DNA of 64,000 nucleotides from Candidatus Fraserbacteria bacterium (GTDB taxonomy: Bacteria; Bipolaricaulota; Bipolaricaulia; RBG-16-55-9; DRXL01). Numbering within the stretch: the first letter of the stretch is position 1; the number at the start of each line of letters is the position of its first letter. A program made the position numbers and the translations under genes. The notes under the pieces were generated by a model. It ran no database searches. It was not told where the DNA came from and saw only the letters and a list, made by a program, of their open reading frames with translations. Below are positions 24,801-36,716 of the stretch, piece after piece. The DNA lies in the NCBI GenBank assembly GCA_947085185.1, contig CAMTVK010000005.1:1-64000 (forward strand), given 5' to 3'.

Positions 24801-25309
24801 AGCTTCACGTGGGGGGGCGGATTGACTCATTGCGCGTGATCACCACGAACTCGGGCAAGCGCATGGCCTTCGTGCGCTTGGAAGACCTGTCGGGGCAAGT
24901 AGAAGTGACGGTCTTCCCCGAGCCCTATGAGCAAGCCAAACGATTTCTTAAAGAAGATCAGATTGTGTGGGTGCGGGGGCACATAGAGAGGCGGACAGAG
25001 CGCTCCAACGGCGTCCAAGTCGTCGCCGAAGAGCTGGTATTGCTGGAGGATGCTGAGCGCTCGGTGCAGCTCTATCTGACTGTTGATCCGGAGCAAGTCA
25101 CGGAGTCGTTTGTGCACAAGCTCAAAGAAGTTCTGGGCATATCGCCTGGGGCTTCGCCCGTCTATGTGCGCTTGCTGGGGGACGAGCCGATCACGGTGCG
25201 TCTGGGAGTGGGCGTCGGCTTAACAAAGACTGTGCTCAAGCATCTGGAGACGCTCTTGGGCGATCCAGGGCGCATCCAGCGGGTCACGCGCAAGGGGGGG
25301 AGCTTATGA
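21884..25309 (+). CDS. dnaE: DNA polymerase III alpha subunit
   Basis: PHP domain (HLHVHSEYS, TDH, TNDVH), GRGSAAGS, PDIDIDF, KIDFLGL, OB fold; no intein. Confidence 0.97.
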
Positions 25310-26625
25310 CGGCACTGGTGCGCTTAGGGCGCTGGCTCCATCCGGGGATCGGGGTCAAGCGCTGGTTGGCGCTCGTGGTCTTCTCGCTCGGCCTTTTTAT
25401 CTTAGGGCTCCTTGTGCTGTTGGGGCAGAATCTTGTGCGGGCGGTCTATAACGTCGTTGCGCCGTCGGCGCTCTCGACGATAGCATTGGCGATCAGCTTG
25501 ATGGTGCTAGGAGCGGTGGGAGTGCTCTTTGGGGTGCATCGGGTGAGTCGTTCGATCGTGCGGGCGATCGCCGCGCCGGCGGAGGGGCGTATGGGGGAAA
25601 TTCTCTTTGAAAAGAGGCTGTTAAGTCGCGGGCCACGCATCGTCGCTGTGGGCGGCGGCACGGGGTTGTCATCGCTGTTGCGCGGGCTCAAGCACCTGAC
25701 GGCCAACGTCACGGCTGTCGTCACCGTCATGGACGATGGAGGCAGCTCCGGGCGACTCCGCCAGGAACTCAATATACTCCCCCCTGGAGATATCCGAAAC
25801 TGTCTCATCGCTCTGGCTGAAGATGAATCTCAGATCTCGCAGCTCTTCAACCATCGTTTTCAAGGGGGAGCTCTCCAAGGGCATTCGTTGGGGAACTTAG
25901 TGATTGCCGGATTGCAAGAGATGACGGGCAGCTTCGATCGAGCGATTGAAGAGATGAGCACGCTGCTCAACACGCGCGGGCAGGTCCTGCCAGCGACGCT
26001 CGAAGATGCTGAACTTGTCGCAGAACTCGAAGACGGGCGCATCGTGCACGGAGAGAGCCACATCTCCAAGGCAGGCGGTCGAGTGCGGTGCATCAAGCTT
26101 TCGCGCGCAGATGTACGCGCCTATCCCAAAGTCCTCGAAGAGCTCCATCAAGCCGATCTCATTATCTTGGGGCCGGGAAGTCTCTTCACAAGCGTCATCC
26201 CCAATCTGCTCGTCGCGGGGATTCGTGAGGCCATCGAACGCTCTTCCGCGAAAAAATTCTATATTATGAACCTTATGACCCAGCCTGGCGAGACCGACGG
26301 GTTTACGGCTCAAGATCATCTCCGGGCTTTGGGAGAGTATATCGACGTACGCACATTAGATTTTGTCGTGCTCAACAGACAACCGGTGCCCAAGGAGCTC
26401 CTTGCGCAGTATGCAGAAGAGGGCTCTGTTCCTGTGGCGGACGACCTGACCGAGCCCAACCGATGGGGCATCACAGTCATCCGCGCGGATCTGTTAGAGA
26501 TCGTGACGTTGCCGCGCTGGCCTTCAGACGCCCAAGCGCCCACGGTCAAACATAACTCCGCGCAGTTGGCTCGTGTGATCGCCAGCTGCGTGCCCGATCT
26601 CTTTCAATGGTGGCTTCGATTGTAA
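25306..26625 (+). CDS. yvcK: YvcK/GlmR (UPF0052) gluconeogenesis/morphogenesis factor with N-terminal TM extension
   Basis: GGGTGLS, DDGGSSG, PPGDIRN, GHSLGNL, GPGSLFTS and TQPGET motifs. Confidence 0.9.
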   Translation: MTALVRLGRWLHPGIGVKRWLALVVFSLGLFILGLLVLLGQNLVRAVYNVVAPSALSTIALAISLMVLGAVGVLFGVHRVSRSIVRAIAAPAEGRMGEILFEKRLLSRGPRIVAVGGGTGLSSLLRGLKHLTANVTAVVTVMDDGGSSGRLRQELNILPPGDIRNCLIALAEDESQISQLFNHRFQGGALQGHSLGNLVIAGLQEMTGSFDRAIEEMSTLLNTRGQVLPATLEDAELVAELEDGRIVHGESHISKAGGRVRCIKLSRADVRAYPKVLEELHQADLIILGPGSLFTSVIPNLLVAGIREAIERSSAKKFYIMNLMTQPGETDGFTAQDHLRALGEYIDVRTLDFVVLNRQPVPKELLAQYAEEGSVPVADDLTEPNRWGITVIRADLLEIVTLPRWPSDAQAPTVKHNSAQLARVIASCVPDLFQWWLRL

Positions 26626-26635
26626 GGAGGAGAGC

Positions 26636-27796
26636 ATGAAGCGCTATCGGTTGCGCATTCCCGGTCCGATCGATCTGGAGCCCGAAGTATTAGCTTATAT
26701 GAGTGCTCCGCTCATCGCCCACTATGGGCACGACTGGGTCGAGCTGTATACGGAGACGCTGACGCTGCTCAAGAGAGTCTGGCAAGCCGAAGAAGCAAGC
26801 GTCTTTCTCATGCCGGGGGCAGGAAGCGTGGGGATGGAAGCGGCGATCGCAAGCTTAGCCGGCGATACTCATAAGCTGCTCGTGCTGACCAACGGATTTT
26901 TCGGCGATCGGTGGGTGGCCGTGGCGCGAGCGTATTCGTCGCAAGTGATGGTGTTGGAAGGCACATGGGGACGCGCTCTGGACGCCGAGGCCGTCGAACA
27001 AACACTCAAACGCGAACGCGAGATCAAAGCCGTCATCATGGTCCACGGCGAGACCTCTACAGGGGTGCTCAACCCTCTCCAAGAGATCAGTCAAATCTGT
27101 GATCGCTATGGGGCGATCTTGGTTGTCGACATGGTCTCGACGCTTGGGGGCACGGAGATCGCTTTTGACAGCTGGGGCATTGGGATCGGGGTAAGCGCGA
27201 CGCAGAAGTGCTTAGAGTGTCCTCCGGGGCTGGCGCCCATCGCCGTCAGCTCTCGCGCGTGGGAGCTGATCGAGCGCAGCAAAGGGCCTGGTTGGTATAT
27301 CAATCTACGCACATGGAAGCACTTCGCCCGCGAGTGGAGCGACTGGCATCCCCACCCCGTCACTCTGCCCACAGGGTTGACCCAAGCCCTGCGCTTCAGC
27401 CTCAGAAATATCTTAGACGAAGGGCTCTCGCAGCGCTGGGCACGGCACACCGAGATCGCAGCTCTTGTGAGAAACGGCTTAAAGAATCTAGGGTTTGAGC
27501 TCTTGGTCCCTGACGACCGCGAGGCGATGAACACGGTGACGGCGGCCAAGGGGCATGCGCAGCTGCCCGCTGCCGCGCTCATGCGCATTCTCAAAGAGAA
27601 GCATCAAATTCTCATTGGGGGAGGGCTAGAGCGCTTGGCTGGGCAGATCTTCCGTATTGGGCACATGGGGCCGACGGCAACCCGCGAGGCCATGGTCCCC
27701 ACATTGCTCGCGCTCGAAGACGCCCTCAGATCTGTGGGCGTCGCTGTCGAGCCCGGCCAAAGCCTCAAAATCCCGCAGCCCGCACACGTCCGCTGA
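26636..27796 (+). CDS. Class V PLP aminotransferase (alanine-glyoxylate/serine-pyruvate type)
   Basis: IPGP, HGETSTG, VD.VS, TQKCL..PPG and FRIGHMG motifs. Confidence 0.9.
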   Translation: MKRYRLRIPGPIDLEPEVLAYMSAPLIAHYGHDWVELYTETLTLLKRVWQAEEASVFLMPGAGSVGMEAAIASLAGDTHKLLVLTNGFFGDRWVAVARAYSSQVMVLEGTWGRALDAEAVEQTLKREREIKAVIMVHGETSTGVLNPLQEISQICDRYGAILVVDMVSTLGGTEIAFDSWGIGIGVSATQKCLECPPGLAPIAVSSRAWELIERSKGPGWYINLRTWKHFAREWSDWHPHPVTLPTGLTQALRFSLRNILDEGLSQRWARHTEIAALVRNGLKNLGFELLVPDDREAMNTVTAAKGHAQLPAAALMRILKEKHQILIGGGLERLAGQIFRIGHMGPTATREAMVPTLLALEDALRSVGVAVEPGQSLKIPQPAHVR

Positions 27797-27819
27797 TTAT
27801 GGGACCTGTAATGGGTCAA

Positions 27820-27996
27820 GAGATCGTTACCAGGGCCCAGGACCCAAACAGTTTGTCAGTTGATCAGTTTTTCAGTTCTCAACTGTAAAACTGTCAAACT
27901 GTCAAACTGTTCCACGGGCACTCTGCCACAGTCGTGCCCCTGAGAGGATGCCCGCTCTCTTGAGCCAGTGCCACACCTCCCTCTGGTAACGATCTC
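27820..27996. repeat. MITE-like element: 14-bp perfect terminal inverted repeats enclosing an inverted array of 8-mers
   Basis: GAGATCGTTACCAG (27820-33) / CTGGTAACGATCTC (27983-96); (CAGTTnnn)x4 followed by (AACTGTnn)x4 at ~27849-27912. Confidence 0.55.
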
Positions 27997-28122
27997 GTGG
28001 CGCAGGGACCAGCGGCCTTGAAAAGCGGGCGGGTATAGGGTATAAGGAGTGCAAAAGTTTGGAGGAGGAACGTTGTTCAACAAAGCAAAAAAAACAATGA
28101 AAGAAGCAAGAAAGGAGAGCTC

Positions 28123-29622
28123 ATGCTATTTCGCCGTATCTTACTTGCTCTTGCCATGTTGATTGGTCTCGCCGCAGCCACGCTGACAGCAGATTCTGCG
28201 CGATTCAGCACGGCTCAGCCGAATATCATTTTCGTATTGGTGGACGATCTCGATGCCGATCTGATCGATTTCATGCCACGGCTGAAGTCGCTGGTCGTTG
28301 AGCAAGGCACGATGTTTGTGAATTTCTTCAACAACGTCACGCTCTGCTGCCCCTCGCGCGCTTCGATACTCCGTGGTCAATATTCTCATAACACGCAGAT
28401 ACTCACAAACCAGCTGCCGACTGGGGGATTTCAAAAGTTCTATGCCTTGGGGTACGAAAACGCGACGGTGGCGACGTGGCTTTAGTCAGTAGGTTATCGT
28501 ACGTGTTATTTGGGGAAGTATCTCAACGGCTATCCGGCGAGTGTGCTCCCGACTCACGTGCCGGCAGGGTGGAACGAATGGTATAGCCCCGCCGCGGGCA
28601 ATCCCTACTCAAATTTCAATTACGTGATGAACGAGAACGGCAAGCTCGTCCGCTACGGCAGCCGCCCCGAAGACTATCTGACCGACGTCGTCGCGCGCAA
28701 ATCTGTAGACTTTATCGAGCGTGCAGCAGCTAAGGGCCAACCGTTCTTTATACATTTGGCTCTCTACGTGCCTCACTCGCCGGCGACACCTGCGCCACGT
28801 CATGCCCAGCTCTTCACAAATGCACAGCTGCCCAGACCGCCGTCGTTCAACGAAGCTGATGTCAGTGACAAGCCCGGCTTTATTCGCAACCGTCCGCTGC
28901 TCACAGAGCGCCAGATCGCGCAGATGCAGGACTTCTATCGCAAGAGATTGCAGTCTTTGCAAGCTGTGGACGAGATGCTCGCGCGATTGGTTGAAGCCCT
29001 CAAAGCCGTGGGCCAGCTTGAGAACACGTATATCTTTTTCACGTCGGACAACGGCTTTCACATGGGAGAACACCGGCTCAATCCAGGGAAACAGACTGCT
29101 TATGAAGAAGACATTCGCGTCCCGCTCATCGTGCGCGGGCCGGGAGTACCCTCAGGGCAAGCCCTTGAGCATCTTATTGGGAATATAGACCTAGCGCCGA
29201 CGTTTGCCGAGCTGGGTGGGGCAGTCATTCCCAATTTTGTGGACGGGCGCTCGCTTGTGCCGTTGCTACGCGGCAGCCCGCCAGCAGAAGACACGTGGCG
29301 ACAGGGCTTTCTCATCGAACACTGGACGAATCAGGGTCGAGCCGTGAGCGCCTCAGCCCCTGACGGCATCTGGGAGCCTCCAGACCCAATGGAACTTGAG
29401 CAAACTCACCAGTTGGCGATCCCACAATTTGCTGCCATCCGTACGAAAGATCATCTCTATGTCGAATACGTGACGGGCGAGCGCGAGCTGTACGACCTGA
29501 AAGCTGACCCGTATCAGCTCGAGAGCTTGCATGCCCGCGCCGATCCCCAGCTATTACAGAGATTATCTGAGGACCTGGCACAGTTGAAGACGTGCGTGGG
29601 AGCGAGCTGTCAAGCATTTTGA
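28123..29622 (+). pseudogene. Secreted Cys-type sulfatase (N-acetylglucosamine-6-sulfatase-like) interrupted by an in-frame TAG at 28483-28485
   Basis: Signal peptide, PNIIFVLVDD and CCPSRAS (CxPxR) precede the stop; GYRT..GKYLN, PH, TSDNG and ELYDLKADP continue in the same frame after it. Confidence 0.8.
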
Positions 29623-29671
29623 GAGTGGCTCGGTTGCGAAATGCTCTTTGTTGGAGTAAATTCTCTAGGCT

Positions 29672-31084
29672 ATGGCGACACTAAAGCTGTTCAACACCCT
29701 CGGTCGGCGTAAGGAAGATTTTAAGCCCATCAAAGACAACGAAGTTGGCATGTACACCTGTGGGCCAACGGTCTACGATTACGCCCATATTGGCAATCTC
29801 AGGACGTATATCTTTGAAGACGTCTTACGGCGCGTGCTCGAATACAACGGTTATAAAGTCAAGCACGTCATGAACATCACCGATGTGGGGCATCTGACAG
29901 GCGATAACGTGGGAGACGCTGATCTGGGCGAAGATCGTATGGAGCTCTCCGCCCGACGCACCGGAAAGAACGCCTGGGAATTAGCGGAGATGTACGCCAG
30001 GGCGTTCTTCAAAGACACCGAGCGTCTCAATATCTTGCGGCCCCATGTTGTCTGCAAGGCGACCGATCACATTGCCGACCAGATCGCCCTCATCAGGAAG
30101 CTCGAAGAGAAGGGCTATACATATAAAACTTCTGATGGGATCTACTTTGACGTCTCCAAATTCCCTGCGTATGGGGAGCTGGCTGGCCAGAGCTTAGAAG
30201 AGAAGAGAGCCGGGGCGCGTGTCGAGGTCAATCCTGAAAAGCGCAACCCTGCAGATTTTGCGCTGTGGAAGTTCTCTCCCAAGGACAAGAAGCGCCAGAT
30301 GGAATGGGAGAGCCCCTGGGGGATCGGCTTCCCCGGCTGGCATATCGAGTGCAGCGCCATGAGCACCAAATACTTGGGCCAGCCCTTCGATATCCACTGC
30401 GGCGGCGTGGATCATATCTATACGCACCATCCCAACGAGATCGCTCAGAGCGAAGCCGCTGCCGGCGTCAAGATGGCCAATTTTTGGATTCACGGGGAGT
30501 TCATGACCGTCGAGGGGCGGCGCATGGGCAAGTCCGAGGGCAATGCCTATCTGTTAGAAGACCTCATCAAGCGCGGCTTCGAGCCCTTGGCATTTCGGTA
30601 TTTGTGCTTGAACACCCATTATCGCGTTCAGCTCAATTTTACGTGGCACGCATTAGAAGGGGCTCAGACGGCGTTGGAGCGATTGCGTGAGCACGTGCGC
30701 AATGCTCGTGAGAACAGGGGCGATCCAGCTCACGGCAAGGTCCCCCCAGCGGTGCGCGAGCGCTTTCTCGAGGCGATCAACGATGACTTAAATATCCCGC
30801 AGGCCCTGGGAGTGGTGTGGGACTTTGTGCGTGCGCACCAGAATCCATCGGATAAGCTGGCGGCGCTCTTTGACTTCGACCGCGTCTTTGGGCTGAAGCT
30901 CAGCGAAGTCCAAACTGAAGAGCTTCTCGAGGTGCCCCCGCAAGTGCGGGATCTTATAGAACAGCGCGAGGCCGCTCGCAAAGCGAAGAACTTCAAAGAA
31001 GCTGACGCCCTGCGCGCGAAGATCGCTCAGTTGGGCTACGAGGTAATTGACACGCCACAGGGTCCCAAGCTGCGGCGGCGCTGA
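29672..31084 (+). CDS. cysS: Cysteine--tRNA ligase
   Basis: [37 protein letters not shown] and RMGKS motifs. Confidence 0.96.
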   Translation: MATLKLFNTLGRRKEDFKPIKDNEVGMYTCGPTVYDYAHIGNLRTYIFEDVLRRVLEYNGYKVKHVMNITDVGHLTGDNVGDADLGEDRMELSARRTGKNAWELAEMYARAFFKDTERLNILRPHVVCKATDHIADQIALIRKLEEKGYTYKTSDGIYFDVSKFPAYGELAGQSLEEKRAGARVEVNPEKRNPADFALWKFSPKDKKRQMEWESPWGIGFPGWHIECSAMSTKYLGQPFDIHCGGVDHIYTHHPNEIAQSEAAAGVKMANFWIHGEFMTVEGRRMGKSEGNAYLLEDLIKRGFEPLAFRYLCLNTHYRVQLNFTWHALEGAQTALERLREHVRNARENRGDPAHGKVPPAVRERFLEAINDDLNIPQALGVVWDFVRAHQNPSDKLAALFDFDRVFGLKLSEVQTEELLEVPPQVRDLIEQREAARKAKNFKEADALRAKIAQLGYEVIDTPQGPKLRRR

Positions 31085-32319
31085 GACCCTCTCTGGGCCA
31101 CGAGCACGAATTTCCGTGGCCAGCTTGTGCCCTCGGTCAGCTCGATCTTGTGTTCTGCCAAATCTTCGGAGATCTCCGCAAAAGCCAGCCATTCGCACAG
31201 CATCAGATGGGCTGATCGCAAAAGACTCTCTATCTTCTCGCGATCGAAGGGGCAGTGCGTCTCGCGCATCTCCAGCTCTTCTATAGCTGTGCCGAAGGCC
31301 CAGATCTTCGTCACGAAGTCTTGGAGATCACGCCGGGAGAGCCAGAGCGTGCCGTCGGTACACTCGTCGAGAGTTATTTTTCTCACGTGATAGCGTTGTA
31401 TGAAGTAGTCGAGCTGGGAGCGCACCTGCTGGGGGAGGCGCACGCGCACTCGCTCTGAGCCGGGGTCAAGATGATCGAGCGCGATGAACCGTCCTGCGGG
31501 CTTGAGCACACGGCCGATCTCGTGGAAGGTTTGCTCAAGCTCGTTGGGCTGCCCAAAGAGCGCGATCTCATGGAGAACTTGTGCCGCGAGCACAACATCG
31601 AAGCTGTGATCGGGGAACGGGAGCTTATGGGCGCGGGCGCGGTGCAACTCCGCTTGGGGGCAAGTTGTGTGGGCTTGCTGAAGGCGTTCGGGCGACTCGT
31701 CAATGCCCACGATCCGTGGGATACCGTGTCTGGCTGCAGCTTGGAGATACTCTCCCGAGCCGCACCCGATGTCCAAGAGAGATTGGGCCTGGCCCACTCG
31801 TTCTAAGACCAAGCGAATGCGCTGGGCGCGACGCGCGTCTGTGCGCTCGCGCTGCGCTAAGACTTGGGCCGCGCTAGACGAATACAGGGGCGTTCGTGCT
31901 TGGAGAATGAGCTGCTGTTGCTCGTCGGGCAGGTCATAGCGGGAGAGATTCTGCACGTCGGCCCATTCTGCAGCTTCGATGTCTGAATCGGCGCGCAGCT
32001 CACCCGATTTATAGCGAGCCAACAGAGCGATCAGGACGTAGTGATACTGCACGCGGCCGTCGGGGTCTTTGAAGATTCTGTCTAATACGTCAAGAGTGCG
32101 TTCGAGCTCGATCTCGATGTGGCACTCTTCGCGGATCTCTCTCTTGGCAGCATCGCGGACGGTCTCGCCCAGCTCGACGACCCCACCAGGGAGGCTCCAT
32201 TGGCCCTTGCGCGGCTCGTGCCCGCGACGCACCAACAGGATCTTTCTGTCTTGGAAGACTAAGACGCTCACCCCGACGATAGGGTGTGGGGGATACTCAC
32301 GATCTCTGTCAGAACCCAT
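31036..32319 (-). CDS. NUDIX hydrolase / class I SAM-dependent methyltransferase fusion
   Basis: N-terminal [19 protein letters not shown]-terminal [20 protein letters not shown] and RVLKPAG. Confidence 0.8.
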   Translation of the reverse strand: MGSDRDREYPPHPIVGVSVLVFQDRKILLVRRGHEPRKGQWSLPGGVVELGETVRDAAKREIREECHIEIELERTLDVLDRIFKDPDGRVQYHYVLIALLARYKSGELRADSDIEAAEWADVQNLSRYDLPDEQQQLILQARTPLYSSSAAQVLAQRERTDARRAQRIRLVLERVGQAQSLLDIGCGSGEYLQAAARHGIPRIVGIDESPERLQQAHTTCPQAELHRARAHKLPFPDHSFDVVLAAQVLHEIALFGQPNELEQTFHEIGRVLKPAGRFIALDHLDPGSERVRVRLPQQVRSQLDYFIQRYHVRKITLDECTDGTLWLSRRDLQDFVTKIWAFGTAIEELEMRETHCPFDREKIESLLRSAHLMLCEWLAFAEISEDLAEHKIELTEGTSWPRKFVLVAQRGSQRRRSLGPCGVSITS

Positions 32320-32386
32320 ACAAACGCTATTATAATCGAGCTATCAGGTTTCTCCCACTTGCCGAGCTCGATGCCCTGACGAGATC

Positions 32387-33082
32387 CTAGAGCGTCCCAC
32401 TCTTCTCTTTCAGCTTTTCTTCGTCCTTGATGATGATATAATAGCGTTTCTTATCTAAGATGCCCTCTTTCGCGAGACGATTGAGAGCAGAAGTGGTGTT
32501 CTCGCGGGCAGACCCGATGAGATCGGCCAGCTCTTTGTGCGTGATCTTAAAACTAATTTGGGTTCCTTCAGGGGTCTGTTCGCCGTGCTCTTCGATGAGT
32601 CTCAAGAGTTGACGTGAGAGCCGCGTGGTGATGTCTTTGAAGACCAAGTCTTCGAGCTTTTGCTCTAAGTCACGCGCCCGCTTGCCGAAGAGCTGAATGA
32701 TCTCGAGCGCTAACCAGGGCTTGCGCTCGAGAAGATAGAAGAACTTCTCGCGCTCTATAGGGTGAATGATCGCATCTTGCAAGACTTGGGCTAAGTGTTC
32801 GCGGCGCTTGGCCCCGACCAAGACCATCTCGCCGAAGATCTCTCCCGCGCCCAAGATCGCCAACGTGAGCTTGCGGCCGCTCTCGTCCAAGTAGGCCAGC
32901 TTCACTTTGCCGTCTTTGACATAATAGACGCGATCGTCAATATCGCCCGGTTGGTAGATGACTTCACCCTTTTTGTAAAATCGTCCCGACGTGGATTCGA
33001 CGATCTCGCTCAGGGCTTCTGCGATCTGCTGTCCGTTGGGCTGGTGCCCGGTCATGCTCAGCATCGTGAAGTGGTTCACCAT
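32387..33082 (-). CDS. Crp/Fnr family transcriptional regulator
   Basis: cNMP-binding fold (GEIFGE) plus HTH THKELADLIGSARENTTSALN. Confidence 0.92.
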   Translation of the reverse strand: MVNHFTMLSMTGHQPNGQQIAEALSEIVESTSGRFYKKGEVIYQPGDIDDRVYYVKDGKVKLAYLDESGRKLTLAILGAGEIFGEMVLVGAKRREHLAQVLQDAIIHPIEREKFFYLLERKPWLALEIIQLFGKRARDLEQKLEDLVFKDITTRLSRQLLRLIEEHGEQTPEGTQISFKITHKELADLIGSARENTTSALNRLAKEGILDKKRYYIIIKDEEKLKEKSGTL

Positions 33083-33389
33083 AGTCTCTTCGTGCCCTCT
33101 CTGGGAGCGCTGGTGTGCAGTGCGCTCTGGGATGCTCTTACTCTAACGGGTCAGGGAATGGGCTGAAAGGACCTGTGGCAGAGTGGCGCAGGGGGGTTCG
33201 TGACGCGGGCGACAGCCGAGGGAGCGCTTTTGGGACAACTGCCGTCACCTTATGAGGGGACAGGCATAACTCATGGCGACAAAAAAAGTCAAGAGAAGAT
33301 TTTTGGGAAGCTTAGAGATGACAAGCTGGGATAGCATGAGCAAAGCGCGCTCAGAGAAGATCACGCAGTCTAAGGATGAGAGACTCCTT

Positions 33390-34942
<1,553 letters not shown>

Positions 34943-35032
34943 ATTCGAGAGTCACTCAAGGCAGAATCTCGGAGAGATTCTGTGCTTCTCTCGGGGTTGA
35001 GAGAAACAGCGCTTTGCTTCATGCTATCCACT

Positions 35033-35095
35033 TGTCAAAGAGCGATCTTCTCTGAGGAGTGCCAGCATTATAACACACTCTGTTCGACTTGTCAA
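35033..35095 (-). promoter_or_regulatory. rRNA promoter and boxA-like antiterminator
   Basis: TTGACA-17-TATAAT (35067-35095); boxA-like CGCTCTTTGACA at ~35033-35044. Confidence 0.85.
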
Positions 35096-35139
35096 GAGCT
35101 AAAAAATGCTTATCTGAAGAGCGTTTTGCGCCTGGGCCC

Positions 35140-35619
35140 TCATACGAGCTTTGCCAAAGCTGCCCTGATGGCCCCAAGGTCCGGCAGCTGCCGGGGGTCG
35201 TCGCTCACCCATTTGTACCGGACGGTACCGGTCTTGTCGAGTACGAAGACGCTGCGCTTGGCGACCCCCTTCAGCCCCATCAGATCTTCGTGCAGCACCC
35301 CATATGCCCGGCTGATCTCTCGATTAAAATCTGTCAAGAGCTCGAATTTCAGAGCGTTCGCCTTGATGAACGCATTGAGCACAAATGGGCTATCCACGCT
35401 GATCCCGTAGACGCGGGCCCTCAGAGAGTTCAACTGGCTCAGGCTATCACGAAACGCGCACATCTCGTTGGTGCAGATGGGACTGAACGCCAAAGGGAAG
35501 AACGCTAAGACCATATTCGCCTTCCCCAGCTCCTTGCTGAGTGTGAAGTCCTGGAACTGCTCGCCATTGCAGACTTTTGTCGTGAAGTCCGGGGCTTTTT
35601 GGTTGAGCTCTACGGCCAT
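35140..35619 (-). CDS. Peroxiredoxin (AhpE/BCP-like)
   Basis: APDFT, FFPLAFSPICTNEMC, GISVDS and RSVFVLD motifs. Confidence 0.9.
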   Translation of the reverse strand: MAVELNQKAPDFTTKVCNGEQFQDFTLSKELGKANMVLAFFPLAFSPICTNEMCAFRDSLSQLNSLRARVYGISVDSPFVLNAFIKANALKFELLTDFNREISRAYGVLHEDLMGLKGVAKRSVFVLDKTGTVRYKWVSDDPRQLPDLGAIRAALAKLV

Positions 35620-35755
35620 GATCGAACCTCCCTACGCTCAAGATGGCTTCATTGTAAAGCAGACTCCCGAAGTCTGCAAATGGGGGAGTGAAACTTGTCC
35701 CGTGGCTGGGGGTTATATATTCTGTCTCCATCTCTCTCGCAAAGGGGTGAGCACA

Positions 35756-36550
35756 ATGACGGGCAAGAAGGTCGTGCGCATGATGGCGCTGGTTCTGCCA
35801 GCGATGGCGCTCTTGGCTGCGGGACCGATCTTGGTCAATCAATCACACAGCAGCGATTCTGTCTCGGCGAGCAGCGGCGAGCAACCGGGGAGACATCTGA
35901 CGCTCACCTTCACCAACGATACGGGCGTGGAAGCCGACGGATTGCAGATCGAGTTCAAGAAGGCCCCCGCGGGCATACAGTTTGTCAAAGTCGAGCCGTT
36001 CAAGAGCACCATGGCGGTGCTCAAGAGCAACGTTGTGGTGCTGACGAATGGGCGCGTCGGGCCAGGGGAGAAAGCGCGCCTGAGCGTGGTCGGCGATCCG
36101 TTTGGGATGGCTGTGGCGGACTTCCAATGGATTCGTCAAGGGGTGTTGATCGCCGGGAAGACTCGACAGATCGAGGTCGAGGAGCGCGTCATCACTCGTG
36201 AAACGGTCTTGGTCGATCGCACCGAGAAGGAGCCGGAGCCGTTGGTGGTGTCGGTGCGCTTTGAGCTTGTCAACGGGGCAAGCCGGCTCTTTGTGACTCA
36301 AGGGATGATGATCGCTGAAGGAGCGCTTCTTGCGATCAAAGATCAGGTTCGCTTAGAGTTGCTCATGAACGAGATCGCGCGCGCGAAGAATCTCAAAGAG
36401 CGCGAGAAGCTCCAAGCCGAGCTCAAGAAGCTCGAGGTGCGTGCACCGATCAGCGGGTTGGTGCGCGAGCTCTCTTTCGATGTCGGCGAAGAGACGACCA
36501 AAGTCGAAGCGAAGCTCCTAGTTGTCACCAGAGCGAACGCTTTACAGTGA
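35756..36550 (+). CDS. Exported hypothetical protein with a C-terminal barrel-sandwich (lipoyl/HlyD-like) hybrid segment
   Basis: Signal-like N-terminus after SD AAGGGGTG; LFVTQG..EGALL..helical hairpin..EVRAPISGLVREL. Confidence 0.6.
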   Translation: MTGKKVVRMMALVLPAMALLAAGPILVNQSHSSDSVSASSGEQPGRHLTLTFTNDTGVEADGLQIEFKKAPAGIQFVKVEPFKSTMAVLKSNVVVLTNGRVGPGEKARLSVVGDPFGMAVADFQWIRQGVLIAGKTRQIEVEERVITRETVLVDRTEKEPEPLVVSVRFELVNGASRLFVTQGMMIAEGALLAIKDQVRLELLMNEIARAKNLKEREKLQAELKKLEVRAPISGLVRELSFDVGEETTKVEAKLLVVTRANALQ

Positions 36551-36574
36551 AGCTGAAGCGACAGCTTACGGCAG

Positions 36575-36603
36575 GCCACGGGGTGCTCCCGTGGCTTTTT
36601 TGT
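36575..36603 (+). terminator. Intrinsic terminator
   Basis: GCCACGGG-gtgct-CCCGTGGC followed by TTTTTT. Confidence 0.85.
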
Positions 36604-36716
36604 TAGAGTGGGCTTCGTGGACAGCTCGTCTTCATTGGCGGTTGCATTGCCCTGCGAATTTCAGTATCTTAATGGGGATTATCCCAGTCTGTCTTTCATA
36701 GAGAGGAGTCGGGAAT

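Noticed and set aside
27849..27912. CRISPR array or iterons
   Set aside because: The units are 8 bp, have no spacers and are arranged as a palindrome; there are no cas or rep genes nearby.
28483..28485. Genome-wide amber recoding
   Set aside because: TAG terminates ntpK, ntpB, asnS, ssb and rpsR at their expected C-termini.
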